IMG/VR virus record: IMGVR_UViG_3300032156_000009
Span: 1-60,386 of that record
From: a virus
Lineage: Duplodnaviria; Caudoviricetes
DNA length: 60,386 nt
Reading direction: 5' to 3' (one strand)
The position numbers were made by a program, and so were the translations under genes. Below the pieces are notes generated by a model. That model did no database searches. It was not told the origin of the DNA and worked only from the letters and a program-made list of their open reading frames with translations. How positions within the stretch are numbered: the first letter of the stretch is position 1; each line of letters starts with the position of its first letter. Shown here in pieces: positions 9,977-20,431 of this stretch.

Positions 9977-10119
9977 ACCCTTTAGCCATAGTTACTTTTG
10001 GGATTCAGTCTTATGTATCGGCTTCTATTATTGTTTATCCATTAATTGGTGAATTGGTTGTTTATTCATTAATTGGTGAATTGGTTGTTTATTCATTAAT
10101 TGGTGAATTGGTTTTATAA
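9973..10119 (+). CDS. 48-aa ORF with three VY(P/S)LIGELV repeats, not in the ORF track
   Basis: ATGA overlap with the 9976 stop; three 27-bp repeats at 10031-10111; ends 3 nt before the next ATG. Confidence 0.55.
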   Translation: MNPLAIVTFGIQSYVSASIIVYPLIGELVVYSLIGELVVYSLIGELVL

Positions 10120-10122
10120 ATT

Positions 10123-10488
10123 ATGAAAATTAAAATCGGCGACACAATAGAATTATTATTTTTGATAAAAGAATCAACTGGATCAATCGTTCAGAATCTT
10201 AGCTCTGCTACGGCTGTGAGATTCATGGTCAAAGTAAATGAAACTGATACTAATTTACAGGCGGTAATATCAAAAACTTTAGGCGATGGAATAACAATCG
10301 ATACTCCAACAATTGGGAATGTAAAAGTCTCATTGTCGGCAACTAATACAACTCTTCTAGCCAGTCAATATTTTATGGCTCTTCAAATTGAATGGGCAAC
10401 TATAAAACAAGAAGTCATGATTAAACAAACATTTGATGCGGTAGATGAAATAAATTCTATTCAATTTATACAGGACATTATTCGATGA
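10123..10488 (+). CDS. BppU-N-like virion protein
   Basis: GDT...IDTPTIGNVKVSLSATNT beta-sandwich pattern. Confidence 0.45.
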   Translation: MKIKIGDTIELLFLIKESTGSIVQNLSSATAVRFMVKVNETDTNLQAVISKTLGDGITIDTPTIGNVKVSLSATNTTLLASQYFMALQIEWATIKQEVMIKQTFDAVDEINSIQFIQDIIR

Positions 10489-11135
10489 TTGCAAGTTTAA
10501 ACTTCCAGTCAGATTCGGCGTTCATGTACAAGACAAGGTCATATCCCTATACGGCTATTCTTCCTCGTACTGTGCGACCTATTGATGTCAACGATTTAAA
10601 ACCACACGTCAAAATTGATTTCGTCGATGAAACCCAAGAAAACTACCTCAATTTTTTAATTGATGCGGCTGTAGATTCAGCCGAACGATTTTGCAATCGT
10701 AGTTTCATCAATCAGAAATGGCGTACTTATCGCGATTATTTTCTTTGGTTTATTACGTTGGAAAAAGGCGGGGTTAGTGCGACGTTGGATAGTTTTAAAT
10801 ATTTGAATACATCTAATGTCCTCACTACTGTTGATCCAACGCTTTATTATCTTTCCGTAAAAGATCCTTATTCTCAGATCATTTTAAATGATGGATTCTT
10901 CTATCCACCTGATTTAATGGATCAACAGAATTCCGTTCAGATCGAATTTACAACGGGTTATGGAGCAACCAAAGACACCATACCACCAATGTTGAGATTG
11001 TTATTGTGCCAGCATGTCACTTGGCTATACGAAAATAAAGGAAATTGCCCTGTCGATGCAATGCCTAAGATGGTTGAGAATGGATATAAATCACATTATA
11101 GAGTGGTGGATCTAAATGCCTCAACTTATCTATAA
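10485..11135 (+). CDS. Head-tail connector (gp6-like)
   Basis: LIDAAVDSAERFCNRSF, FTTGYG, WLYENKG. Confidence 0.85.
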   Translation: MIASLNFQSDSAFMYKTRSYPYTAILPRTVRPIDVNDLKPHVKIDFVDETQENYLNFLIDAAVDSAERFCNRSFINQKWRTYRDYFLWFITLEKGGVSATLDSFKYLNTSNVLTTVDPTLYYLSVKDPYSQIILNDGFFYPPDLMDQQNSVQIEFTTGYGATKDTIPPMLRLLLCQHVTWLYENKGNCPVDAMPKMVENGYKSHYRVVDLNASTYL

Positions 11136-11505
11136 ACCACTTGATTATCCCATGCCTGAACTGGGCGATTTGAAACATCGAATCACGATTAAATCGCGCG
11201 CAATAAAAGCACCCATTGATGCGAGCGAAAATTATGGTTTAGATTTTAAAGACTTGATTGTGGTTTGGGCGTCTATCAAGACAATCAAAGGCGATGTGAT
11301 ATTCGATAGCACGACAATGGACAAATCGATTAGCCATATTATGACTATTCGTTACCTTCCTTTTTTGACACAAGAATATTGGATTACGTATAACCAAAAA
11401 TATTACGACATTATTCGAGTCCAAGACATCAACGAACAAATGCGATTTCAGATTCTTTATTGCAACCTCCGTGGTGATATGAACAAGGAGGTAAATAAAG
11501 CATGA
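11116..11505 (+). CDS. Head closure protein (SPP1 gp16-like)
   Basis: GDLKHRITI, VWASIK, HIMTIRY, YDIIRV. Confidence 0.85.
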   Translation: MPQLIYKPLDYPMPELGDLKHRITIKSRAIKAPIDASENYGLDFKDLIVVWASIKTIKGDVIFDSTTMDKSISHIMTIRYLPFLTQEYWITYNQKYYDIIRVQDINEQMRFQILYCNLRGDMNKEVNKA

Positions 11506-12032
11506 TGAAGATTTATCCGAACAGAGACGCCGAAAAATTATCTATGCGATTGGTCGGTATGAGTCTTGTTCCTAAACGCGCTGCTCGAAAAGCTTTTTAC
11601 GATATCGGAAAAGATTTAGTTAAAACAGCAGTGGCTTTAATCGACAAGAAACCAAAACATGGCCGTGTATATCGTTTGACCATTGGGCTTGGAGGCAGAA
11701 GAAGGCCTCTTTACAACCATTTCGCTTCTGCGCCTGGCGAAGCCCCTGCTGTTATTACAGGCGAACTACGTGAGAGCGTTAACTTCACTGTTCATGGTTC
11801 AAACAAACTACAATTTGGTGTGGATCTAACTCGCGGGAATGCGCCCTATGGAAAATTCCTAGAGTACGCAAACCTAATTTCAATGACTGGGTGGGGTTCT
11901 AAAAATATTGCCCCACGTCCTTTTATCAGCGCATCGTATGAGCAAAATAAAAAACAGTTCCCTATCCGTTTTCACAACGAAATCATGACTGAAATAGGGA
12001 AGATCATGAGCTTTTCAGGAGGGTTATCCTGA
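11502..12032 (+). CDS. HK97 gp10-like neck/tail completion protein
   Basis: SAPGEAPAVITGELRES, PYGKFLEY, IAPRPF. Confidence 0.8.
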   Translation: MMKIYPNRDAEKLSMRLVGMSLVPKRAARKAFYDIGKDLVKTAVALIDKKPKHGRVYRLTIGLGGRRRPLYNHFASAPGEAPAVITGELRESVNFTVHGSNKLQFGVDLTRGNAPYGKFLEYANLISMTGWGSKNIAPRPFISASYEQNKKQFPIRFHNEIMTEIGKIMSFSGGLS

Positions 12033-13117
12033 TGAAAGCGGTGGATATCATCAAAAAATTAAAAGAAATCATTCCTAAATATAGCGGATTATTTTCGAGC
12101 AATTTCACCGTGAACTCTCTCACTTTTAGCGGGGGTTATGTGACTTGCACCTGCTCTATCCCACATGAATTATCTGTAGGTGATGAAGTATTTGTGAGTG
12201 GCGCTTTAACGCCTATAACAATTAACTCATTGAATAGATTGAATAATTTAGTGACTGCTGTGACTAATAGTAATCACGATTTAACGCGCGATTATCAATT
12301 GAATGTCGATATCATTGGGGCAAGCCCTGCCGCTTACAACGGATCACATCCTCTAGTAGATGTTCCAAATCGTCGAACATTTATTTATTCTTTGACAACG
12401 ACGCCCAGCACTCCGGCCAGTGGTCATCCTAAAATTCTTGAGAATATCAAAGCAGGATATAACGGTATTCAAACTGTCCATTCTGTGATTGATCAATTCT
12501 CATTTACATATGCAATCACGAGCACGCCAGAGAGTCCGGCAGAAGGTTCGATTACTTTAAGAACCGGTTTATGTATTACGGGCGATATCACTATACAACG
12601 TTTCCTAGAAGCTTATACGAAGCAAGCGACAGATCATTTATTTGCAGTCGTTATCCTAGGGGCAACCAATTCGAGCAAAGATCGTTTTACAGTTTCAGAT
12701 GCAACTAACACAGGAACATCGCCGACAGTGGATGCGCGTATTCGTATCATTGATCCTTTTTCAATTTATATCGTTGTACCAACCACAAGTACTATTACCG
12801 CGATGACTGCGCGGGATGCAATGGAAGATTTATGGAGAATTTTAAACAAAAGCATTTTGTTTCAGAACTTCCCAACCGATTCAGAATCACAATCAAATAT
12901 GAGTGTGACTTTTGTGAGCCATGGTGTTTTCTCTTATGAGAAAGCCTATTACCTCCATGAATTTAATTATGAATTTGTTTATGACTTAGTTCGTGAAGAT
13001 GGCGCTGATAATGATGACAGCGTGGCCTTCCGAGACATTGACTTACATTTTTTGAATCCAAATAACGTGGACATTATGCACACGCTGGTGGATTTAGATG
13101 ATCAACCTTTACCTTAA
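12032..13117 (+). CDS. Tail terminator-like protein with inserted beta-domains
   Basis: Lies between the neck genes and the sheath; carries repeated H..G..V.ISGA..YNG modules. Confidence 0.55.
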   Translation: MKAVDIIKKLKEIIPKYSGLFSSNFTVNSLTFSGGYVTCTCSIPHELSVGDEVFVSGALTPITINSLNRLNNLVTAVTNSNHDLTRDYQLNVDIIGASPAAYNGSHPLVDVPNRRTFIYSLTTTPSTPASGHPKILENIKAGYNGIQTVHSVIDQFSFTYAITSTPESPAEGSITLRTGLCITGDITIQRFLEAYTKQATDHLFAVVILGATNSSKDRFTVSDATNTGTSPTVDARIRIIDPFSIYIVVPTTSTITAMTARDAMEDLWRILNKSILFQNFPTDSESQSNMSVTFVSHGVFSYEKAYYLHEFNYEFVYDLVREDGADNDDSVAFRDIDLHFLNPNNVDIMHTLVDLDDQPLP

Positions 13118-13132
13118 AATGAGGATATTGTT

Positions 13133-14710
13133 ATGACTATAAGAGTGCCTGATATTTCGATCAGCTTACTACCAGCGAGCCATAAAGTGGCGAATGATGA
13201 GCAAAAATTATTGTTCGTTGGCCAAATGACATCGGCCGGAACAGCGACTACGGGTTCACTTTATGCCGATATTGGGAATAATGCCGATCAAGATACTTTG
13301 TTCGGTAAAAATTCAATGTTGGCGAGAATGATTCGCACCGCTCGTATTTATAATAAAGTATCAAGATTTGATGCCATTCCATTGGCAGATAATGGCTCTG
13401 GAAATAAAGCAGCAGGATCAATTGTATTTTCGGGTACTGCTGGGGCTGCCGGAACTTTTATCATTTCGATTGGGTCAAAAAGCAGCAATACAAAACTAAG
13501 CCATATTTACAGTTTACCGATTGCGGCTTCTGAAACGGCTGATGCAGCGGGAACGGCTTTAGCCGCTCTCATTAATGCAGATACCACTTGTCCAGTTACC
13601 GCGGTTAATACTACTGGATCAGTAGCTTTAACAGCTATCCATAAAGGAACTGAAGATAATTTTATTGGAATTGAAGTAACCGGAACTATTGCTAGTTTGA
13701 CTTATGCCGTTACTGGTATGACGGGTGGGACAAGTGATCCTTCTCTAACAACTTTATATGATGTCGCACAAGATGTCCGTTATCAAAGAGTGATTTATCC
13801 TTCCTATGCAAGAACAGCGACTAAAACATTCTTAGATGCCCGTTTCAATTTGGACAAGAAAATCAGAGATGGTGTCGGTATTGATTTCATGACTAATACC
13901 AAAGCTAATATTGTTACGGCGGTCAATGCATTCAATTCTCAAAGCATTGTGGTGGGTGCTAATAAAGTGATTGCAAGTCCTACTACTTTTTATGTGGGTT
14001 CAGGAATTTTTGAATTGAATACCGTTATTGCTTCACAAATAGCGGCCATTAGCGCATTGCGTTTGACCACCGATTCTAATTTGGGACAATTTATATCCGC
14101 TTCTTATGGCGCTCGTGATTCCTTTGGTGGTATGCACATGGCGAGTTTCCCATATTTCAATACTTTGCTTCCTGATTTATCGTTAGAAGAAGCAGGTAAT
14201 AGTTTTACTGATGATGAGTTATCGGCCTTAACTACGGCTGGCGCTTTAACCATTGGAAACAATATTGGGAATACATCTGTAATCATGGGAACGGCGGGGA
14301 CTACTTATAAAACAGATACATCGAGTGAACCCGATCCAAGCTTCAAATATTGGGAATATGTGGATACGGGGGTGACTTGCCGTGAGTATATGTACAATAA
14401 TTTGAGAGAGCGTTTTGCACAATCTCGTTTAACGACAGGTAGCATGATTGTGGGCTTCAGTATGGCCAATAAAGAAATGATTGAAGCCTTTATTACAGGT
14501 CTTTATTCAGATTTGGCGGCTGAGGCTTTGACCAGAATCGGAAAAGATCCTGATACAGGAACAGATTGGTTTGTCTATTTCAAAAATAACCTAGACGTTA
14601 TATTAGATTTATCTTTAGGAAAGGCCACCGTCTCCATGTTGCTCCCCATTGTGACTCAATTGAGAACAATGGTTATTTCGATGCAATTTTCATTTTCAGC
14701 TAACAGCTAA
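13133..14710 (+). CDS. Tail sheath protein (Mu gpL-like)
   Basis: LFVGQM, LFGKNSMLARM, TTYKTD...PDPSF; 525 aa. Confidence 0.9.
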   Translation: MTIRVPDISISLLPASHKVANDEQKLLFVGQMTSAGTATTGSLYADIGNNADQDTLFGKNSMLARMIRTARIYNKVSRFDAIPLADNGSGNKAAGSIVFSGTAGAAGTFIISIGSKSSNTKLSHIYSLPIAASETADAAGTALAALINADTTCPVTAVNTTGSVALTAIHKGTEDNFIGIEVTGTIASLTYAVTGMTGGTSDPSLTTLYDVAQDVRYQRVIYPSYARTATKTFLDARFNLDKKIRDGVGIDFMTNTKANIVTAVNAFNSQSIVVGANKVIASPTTFYVGSGIFELNTVIASQIAAISALRLTTDSNLGQFISASYGARDSFGGMHMASFPYFNTLLPDLSLEEAGNSFTDDELSALTTAGALTIGNNIGNTSVIMGTAGTTYKTDTSSEPDPSFKYWEYVDTGVTCREYMYNNLRERFAQSRLTTGSMIVGFSMANKEMIEAFITGLYSDLAAEALTRIGKDPDTGTDWFVYFKNNLDVILDLSLGKATVSMLLPIVTQLRTMVISMQFSFSANS

Positions 14711-14724
14711 GAGAGGAAAAATTT

Positions 14725-15108
14725 ATGGCTATTAAAGCTTTATCCGTACCATTGTTGGTCATCAATAATGTCACTGTGCCCTACATGCCGAACAGTTTGA
14801 CTTATACAGAGGGAACTCCTGAAAAAAAGATTCGCGCTCAAACGGGCGGCGGCGGATCAATTCAAATGGTTTCCTCTGTGAATGTGGAAACTCAATTTTC
14901 AAATGTGAAATTCTCAGTCTATGACACGGTGGCTAATATTGAAATGGTCAAGGGTTGGGTGAATAACGATTTTGATAATGCCATTAGCATTACCGATACG
15001 AATTTTACCCGTCATGGATCAAATGCTGGAATCATCAATAAATACGAAGTCACCACAGGAATGGACGGAAAGATTGATGTGGAATTTCAATGTGATTCAG
15101 TCGTGTAA
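14725..15108 (+). CDS. Tail tube protein
   Basis: 127 aa directly after the sheath. Confidence 0.7.
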   Translation: MAIKALSVPLLVINNVTVPYMPNSLTYTEGTPEKKIRAQTGGGGSIQMVSSVNVETQFSNVKFSVYDTVANIEMVKGWVNNDFDNAISITDTNFTRHGSNAGIINKYEVTTGMDGKIDVEFQCDSVV

Positions 15109-15123
15109 TTATCAACAAAAAAG

Positions 15124-15618
15124 GTGCTTATTATGTTAAAGAAAGAATTTGAGTTTGTTCTACAAGATGAATTGATCTATTCCCATGACGGTAAAGCTGG
15201 GCTGGTGGCCAAGAAATTGCTTTTGAGAGCACCTTCTTGCAAGCTACTTGGCCTAGCCAATAAGCTCAGCTCTGCCGTCACGGGTGCATTTATGCGCGCG
15301 TATGAAAAAACGCAATCAGCATCTAAAAATTCAAAAGCTTCAAAAGCATCGGTTAATTCTGATGAAGCTTTGACAGGAGATGCTTGTTATATGATTGTAT
15401 CTTCTTCCTTTGAAAATGAAGATCAGGCAGAAAGATTTGCTAATGCCTTCAAAGAATTAGTGACAAGTTCTTACATTTGTTTAATCGATGGAAAAGAGCC
15501 AATGACATCCGATTTATGGGATCAATTAGATGCGCGAGAATTATTTAGATTAATGGGAGATTACATCTCAAATTTTTTGTTACCATCAGTTATGAATCAA
15601 TCAAAGAAGATGATGTAG
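15124..15618 (+). CDS. Tail assembly chaperone (probable start ATG 15133)
   Basis: Between tube and tape measure; ends just past a slippery heptamer. Confidence 0.7.
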   Translation: MLIMLKKEFEFVLQDELIYSHDGKAGLVAKKLLLRAPSCKLLGLANKLSSAVTGAFMRAYEKTQSASKNSKASKASVNSDEALTGDACYMIVSSSFENEDQAERFANAFKELVTSSYICLIDGKEPMTSDLWDQLDARELFRLMGDYISNFLLPSVMNQSKKMM

Positions 15619-15779
15619 ATTTTTTGATGGCTAATTTGATGGTGTTTTATAAAGGGGCAGTGACATATCGAGATTTTGAAAATATGACATTGCCTGAAAT
15701 GATGAATCTAAAAGCCAATGCCGATAAGATCAACCAAGAGTTGATTCGAGAACAAGAGAAGGCGGCGAGGAAGAGATAA
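15570..15779 (+). other. Programmed -1 frameshift site and chaperone extension (lambda gpG/gpGT-like)
   Basis: A_AAT_TTT at 15570-15576 in the correct phase; -1 frame open (VTISYESIKEDDVDFLMANLMVFYKGAV...KAARKR) to TAA 15777-15779. Confidence 0.8.
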
Positions 15780-15780
15780 T

Positions 15781-17097
15781 ATGAGCAATTACGCGTTATC
15801 CTATATTTTTAAAGCCATCGACGAGTTTTCGCCTGCCGTCGCAAAGATGACTGAGAAAATTAAAGTTTTTGAAGGACAAATCGAAAAAGGAACAAAAGGA
15901 TTTGAAAAATTCTCCAATCAAGCAAGAGCCTTTGGAATGGGTCTTTTCAAATATGTCGTTGCCCCTATGGCCGCTATTGGGATCTATGCGTTAAAAAATG
16001 CCGAGAATATCGAACTCATGCGCATTAAACTTAATGCTTTTACGGGTTCGGCTCAATCCACTGCACAAATTATGGGAAGCATACGAAGTTTAGCCTTAGC
16101 CACGGGGCTCAATCCTGAAGAGTTGGGTGGATCAGCGGCAGGATTACTGAGACAAGGATATCGAATTGATCAAATCAACGAAAAATTACGTCAAATGTCG
16201 GTATTGTCAGTCGTCAGCGGTCAAAGCATTGAATCAATTACAAGCGCTCTTGGTAGAATCAATTTAACAGGTTCTATCAGTACGGGATTAATGGCTCGTA
16301 TGGATCGTTTGAAAATCCCTCTCACGAAAGCCTTCAAAGAATTTTATGATATTAGTGATGCCAATTGGGCTAAGAATTTCAAAGGGAAATCTATTAGTGC
16401 TGCGCTCATGGAGCCGGTACTTGCTTCGATGACAGGAAGAGGGAGTAAATTTTCAGCGGCTTATGATGAACGATTGAGAACGATGGGAAGTTCGCTTGAG
16501 CGTATCCATGTTGCTATTCGCTATATTGCCGGTGATTTTGGAACGGTATTAATGTCCACATTAGGAATAGATACAGGACTACAAGGGATTGCTGATAAAT
16601 TGGCATCATTTGCTCAAAAATCAAAACCGTTTTTTGAATCCCACCGAGGCTTTATTAAGTTCTTGGCTATTGGAGTAGCTATAGCCGCCGTTATAGGTGG
16701 TATAGCTATTGTTATCAGCAGCACGATAGGTCTTATTTCGATAGGTCTTGTGGGTGGATTAGCTATGGCTTATATGATGGCCAAAAAACTTCTTTATCCA
16801 TTTATCCTCATAAAAGATATTGTCATGGCGATTGTTCATGGGATAGAAAAAATAAGTAATTTCGCTTCTTCTCATTTGGCTGGACAACAATCTGGGATAG
16901 GCGGGTTGGGTAGTTCGAGCATTTTGAGCCAATTAAATCCATCCAATCTTAACGTCAATTTGAATGCTCCTAAAAGTATCGCTATCACACAAGGCGGGAA
17001 AACGGTTGGTTCTGTGCCTTTCAATGTGGATAAAGGAACATCCAATATGATCCCAGGTCTTGGGTATCATTCCGTATTTGGAGGGGCTTTTTCATGA
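15781..17097 (+). CDS. Tape measure protein (short, 438 aa)
   Basis: N-terminal YIFKAIDEFS, Ala/Gly-rich helical body, hydrophobic segment; position. Confidence 0.8.
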   Translation: MSNYALSYIFKAIDEFSPAVAKMTEKIKVFEGQIEKGTKGFEKFSNQARAFGMGLFKYVVAPMAAIGIYALKNAENIELMRIKLNAFTGSAQSTAQIMGSIRSLALATGLNPEELGGSAAGLLRQGYRIDQINEKLRQMSVLSVVSGQSIESITSALGRINLTGSISTGLMARMDRLKIPLTKAFKEFYDISDANWAKNFKGKSISAALMEPVLASMTGRGSKFSAAYDERLRTMGSSLERIHVAIRYIAGDFGTVLMSTLGIDTGLQGIADKLASFAQKSKPFFESHRGFIKFLAIGVAIAAVIGGIAIVISSTIGLISIGLVGGLAMAYMMAKKLLYPFILIKDIVMAIVHGIEKISNFASSHLAGQQSGIGGLGSSSILSQLNPSNLNVNLNAPKSIAITQGGKTVGSVPFNVDKGTSNMIPGLGYHSVFGGAFS

Positions 17098-18278
17098 GTC
17101 TATTCAATCAGTTATTTACCGCCTCTTATAATGGCGTGCCTTTCTTGGTTGACACGAGCGAAATGCAACAAGGTAGGAAAACTCATACATTTGAATATCC
17201 CAATAAGAAATATCGATATGTGGAGGATTTGGGGGAAAACTTAAAAACGTTTACCGTTAACGCCGTTGTTTCGGGTGGTGATGATTACTTAATTCGACGA
17301 GAAGCATTGATACTCGCTCTCCAAAGGAAAGGAATGGGTGTATTAACTCATCCATTTTACGGTTTGGTTTTTGTCACCGTCGTGAATTACACCGTTTCTG
17401 AAAGTATGACAAGCTTAGGCGAATGTATATTCAATATTACTTTTCTTGAAACGAGAGAGAATATTTTCCCTATCGCAGGTGAAGAATCGATTGCAAGTAT
17501 CGAAGGACTCATCAACGAAATAGCGCCATATCTTGAAGGACATGTCATTACTAATTTTTCTCTTAATTTTAAACACAATACAACGGATGCGGGTGCAAAA
17601 TGTACAGCACTTAATCAAGTTCTCACTCCTACACGCCCCGTATCAGTTGAAAATGATGTTTTGAATAATTTTTCTGTTCAAAATGAGTCTTTCAATGAAA
17701 ACAAATATACACTCTTGCAAGACAATACCAATTTATCGACAGCCATTCATAATTTAATCAATGCTTACAATGATTTAGGAACAAACGATAGTGATCAATA
17801 TAAACTGAATCAGTCGATTTATTATTTTGGGCAAATGGATATTCCTTTTTCTTTAACCACCGCCGAAAGAACAGAACGTTATAAAAATAGGGTTATTTTG
17901 AATTGCTTCATCAATGCATTGACGCTGATGAATCTTTATTCAAGTGCTATTCAGATTGATTATCTAGATGATCAAGAGATCTTGTCAGTAGAGAACGATC
18001 TCGAAATAAAATATCAATATTTAATTCTCAATAATAATTTTGATACGGATGTGCTCACGCGATTAGCAAAAATTAGAAATTCGGTTAAGAAATATTTTAA
18101 TTCTATTCAAGTGAACGTGAGCAAAGTGATACAAGTCACTGTTCCTAAAACTCCTTTGTCTGTTCTGCTCTATCGTTATTATGCCAATTTTGATAACGAA
18201 AATGAGATTATATCTTTGAATAATATAACGCAAATGATTGATATACATGGACAAATTAATATTTTAACCGAGAGTTAA
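17094..18278 (+). CDS. Mu gpN-like DNA circularisation protein
   Basis: ASYNGVPFLV, HTFEYP...VEDLG, GVLTHPFYG. Confidence 0.88.
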   Translation: MSLFNQLFTASYNGVPFLVDTSEMQQGRKTHTFEYPNKKYRYVEDLGENLKTFTVNAVVSGGDDYLIRREALILALQRKGMGVLTHPFYGLVFVTVVNYTVSESMTSLGECIFNITFLETRENIFPIAGEESIASIEGLINEIAPYLEGHVITNFSLNFKHNTTDAGAKCTALNQVLTPTRPVSVENDVLNNFSVQNESFNENKYTLLQDNTNLSTAIHNLINAYNDLGTNDSDQYKLNQSIYYFGQMDIPFSLTTAERTERYKNRVILNCFINALTLMNLYSSAIQIDYLDDQEILSVENDLEIKYQYLILNNNFDTDVLTRLAKIRNSVKKYFNSIQVNVSKVIQVTVPKTPLSVLLYRYYANFDNENEIISLNNITQMIDIHGQINILTES

Positions 18279-19463
18279 ATGAGCGAAATGCTTTTAGAAA
18301 TCAATGGGATTCCTTATGGGGGCTTTACAGAAGCCAACGCAGAAATCTCTATGATTGATATGAGTGGATCATTTACATTTTCAATATCAGCGCTTTCTAA
18401 TTTAACTAAGTTCCCTATTCTGATAGGGGATGCTTGCCGAGTATTGATCAATAATCAACCAATCATTACGGGTTGGGTCGAAAAAATCAATGTGAATTAT
18501 GATAGCGCCAATCATACTATTTCCATTAGTGGTCGTGATAAAACGTGTGATGTGATTGATAGTACGCTTGGCGAGAGCAGTTTGTCGTTTAACTCTTCCA
18601 TTAGTCTTATCGATCTCACCAAACGAGTTTTAGCCTATTTGGGCATTACTGATATTAAAGTTTCAAGTACGGTTGATATTCCCATTTTTAATGTAACTGA
18701 AATCGGTAACATTAGTATTGAGACGGGCGAAAGCGCTTTTGAGTTCATTGAGAAATATGCTCAACAGCGTCAAGTACTCCCAACGACCGATGGGAGTGGT
18801 AATATCGTTTTCACCCGTACGGGAAGCACTGTTTTAAAAACTATTTTAACGTCAAGCCCAAGTGCTAAAAGTACCATTTTAAGTGCATCAGTTGATTATG
18901 ATTATACCAAGAGATTCTATAAATATGTTTTGAGTACTCAAATGAATTCAATCAATTTGAGTGTTATTACAGATACAGAACACCCCAATGCTGAAAAACA
19001 AACCAGTGTTGTTTCAACTGCTTATGATCAGGGATCGGGGAGTTTACCCCCAACAAGAAAGACAAGAACCTATAATCTGATTCAGAGTGAAAGCTCCTAT
19101 AATAATTTGAAATATCTACAGGATAGAGCGTGGTACGAATCAAACTTTAGACGTTCAAGGAGCTTTATCTATAAAGCGATGGTGCAGGGATTTTCACCTG
19201 TTAATGATCCCACATTGATTTGGCGCCCGAATTATATGATTAACGTACAAGACGCCTATTGCAATATCGATTCAATTTTATTGATTAATTCAGTGAAGTT
19301 TAGTTATTCGGTGGACGGGGGTAGCACCACTGTTTTGGAGTTGATTGATCGCGACAGTTATACCATTGATGTTTTGTTGGGAATTAAATACAAAAACAAA
19401 TATAAGCAATCCAATCAGGGTAATAGTTTGATTACTGACATTAAACCATATCAGCATAAGTAA
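18279..19463 (+). CDS. Baseplate hub (Mu gpP-like)
   Basis: ISGRDKTCDVIDS, GESAFEFI, IWRPN. Confidence 0.88.
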   Translation: MSEMLLEINGIPYGGFTEANAEISMIDMSGSFTFSISALSNLTKFPILIGDACRVLINNQPIITGWVEKINVNYDSANHTISISGRDKTCDVIDSTLGESSLSFNSSISLIDLTKRVLAYLGITDIKVSSTVDIPIFNVTEIGNISIETGESAFEFIEKYAQQRQVLPTTDGSGNIVFTRTGSTVLKTILTSSPSAKSTILSASVDYDYTKRFYKYVLSTQMNSINLSVITDTEHPNAEKQTSVVSTAYDQGSGSLPPTRKTRTYNLIQSESSYNNLKYLQDRAWYESNFRRSRSFIYKAMVQGFSPVNDPTLIWRPNYMINVQDAYCNIDSILLINSVKFSYSVDGGSTTVLELIDRDSYTIDVLLGIKYKNKYKQSNQGNSLITDIKPYQHK

Positions 19464-19472
19464 TTGTATTTT

Positions 19473-19964
19473 ATGAAAAATTTATTAACTAAATTATCGA
19501 ATTTGATCAAAAGAGCGGTCATCACTTTGACAAACGCTGATGATAAAGTGATATCCTATAATCAAGTAAAATATTTAGGAAAATCGGCCATTGTCGAAAA
19601 TGTCTATCCTTATGGCTTAAGCGCTAACGCACCTGTAGGCGGTATCTCGTTGTTATTCGTGGTTGGAAACAATGAAGGGAATTTAGCGGCTATTCCCTAT
19701 TGCCAATCTGAGCGATTAAAGAATAAAAATCCAGGGGAAGTAACAGTAGGAAGCCCTCTTACAGGTAGTTACATAAAATTTTTAGCGGACGGTGATATCG
19801 TGATTCATTCCGTGAAAAATGTCACTATCGAATGTGCGACTTTGAATGTGACAGGTAAAACAAATTTAGGATCAGGTGGTGCGGCTATTGCAAGAGTGGG
19901 GGATACAGTTGATTTGGGTTCTGGTCTTATTCTTACAGGAAGTACAAACAATACGAGTAATTAA
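19473..19964 (+). CDS. Baseplate spike (Mu gp45/gpV-like)
   Basis: PYGLSANAP, PGEVTV, AIARVGD; likely ATG at 19473. Confidence 0.82.
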   Translation: MKNLLTKLSNLIKRAVITLTNADDKVISYNQVKYLGKSAIVENVYPYGLSANAPVGGISLLFVVGNNEGNLAAIPYCQSERLKNKNPGEVTVGSPLTGSYIKFLADGDIVIHSVKNVTIECATLNVTGKTNLGSGGAAIARVGDTVDLGSGLILTGSTNNTSN

Positions 19965-19965
19965 T

Positions 19966-20403
19966 ATGGCAGATATAGCATTAACAAAAATAAATTCTTA
20001 TTATGATTTTTCTATTGAAAATGGCGATTTTGCTCTTACTCAAGGAATGGACACCGCATTATTGATGTCCATTTTTTGCGAGAAACGAGCCGATATTAGC
20101 GAAATGCCTTTTGCTGAAACACGTCGAGGATGGTGGGGTAATACCGTTTTAGATACGGAGAATTACGAAATCGGCTCTAAACTTTGGTTGCTCGAACAGG
20201 CGCGTCGAGATTTGACTTCACTTTCTCTTGCTAAAACTTATGCACAAGATTGTCTGCAATGGCTCATTGAAGACAGTTTGGCTAAAGAAATTCAAACAGA
20301 TTCCGCTTTTAGTGAAAATGGAATTGATATCGATATAAATATCGTCACAAGTAGCAATAAAATAGTAAGCAAAGCTTATAATCTGTGGAATAATACAGCT
20401 TAG
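19966..20403 (+). CDS. Mu gp46-like baseplate protein
   Basis: TALLMSIF, RRGWWG, IGSKLWLL, LQWLIED; likely start MADIAL at 19966. Confidence 0.88.
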   Translation: MADIALTKINSYYDFSIENGDFALTQGMDTALLMSIFCEKRADISEMPFAETRRGWWGNTVLDTENYEIGSKLWLLEQARRDLTSLSLAKTYAQDCLQWLIEDSLAKEIQTDSAFSENGIDIDINIVTSSNKIVSKAYNLWNNTA

Positions 20404-20431
20404 GGTGCTCTTGATAATATGATAAGATTAT

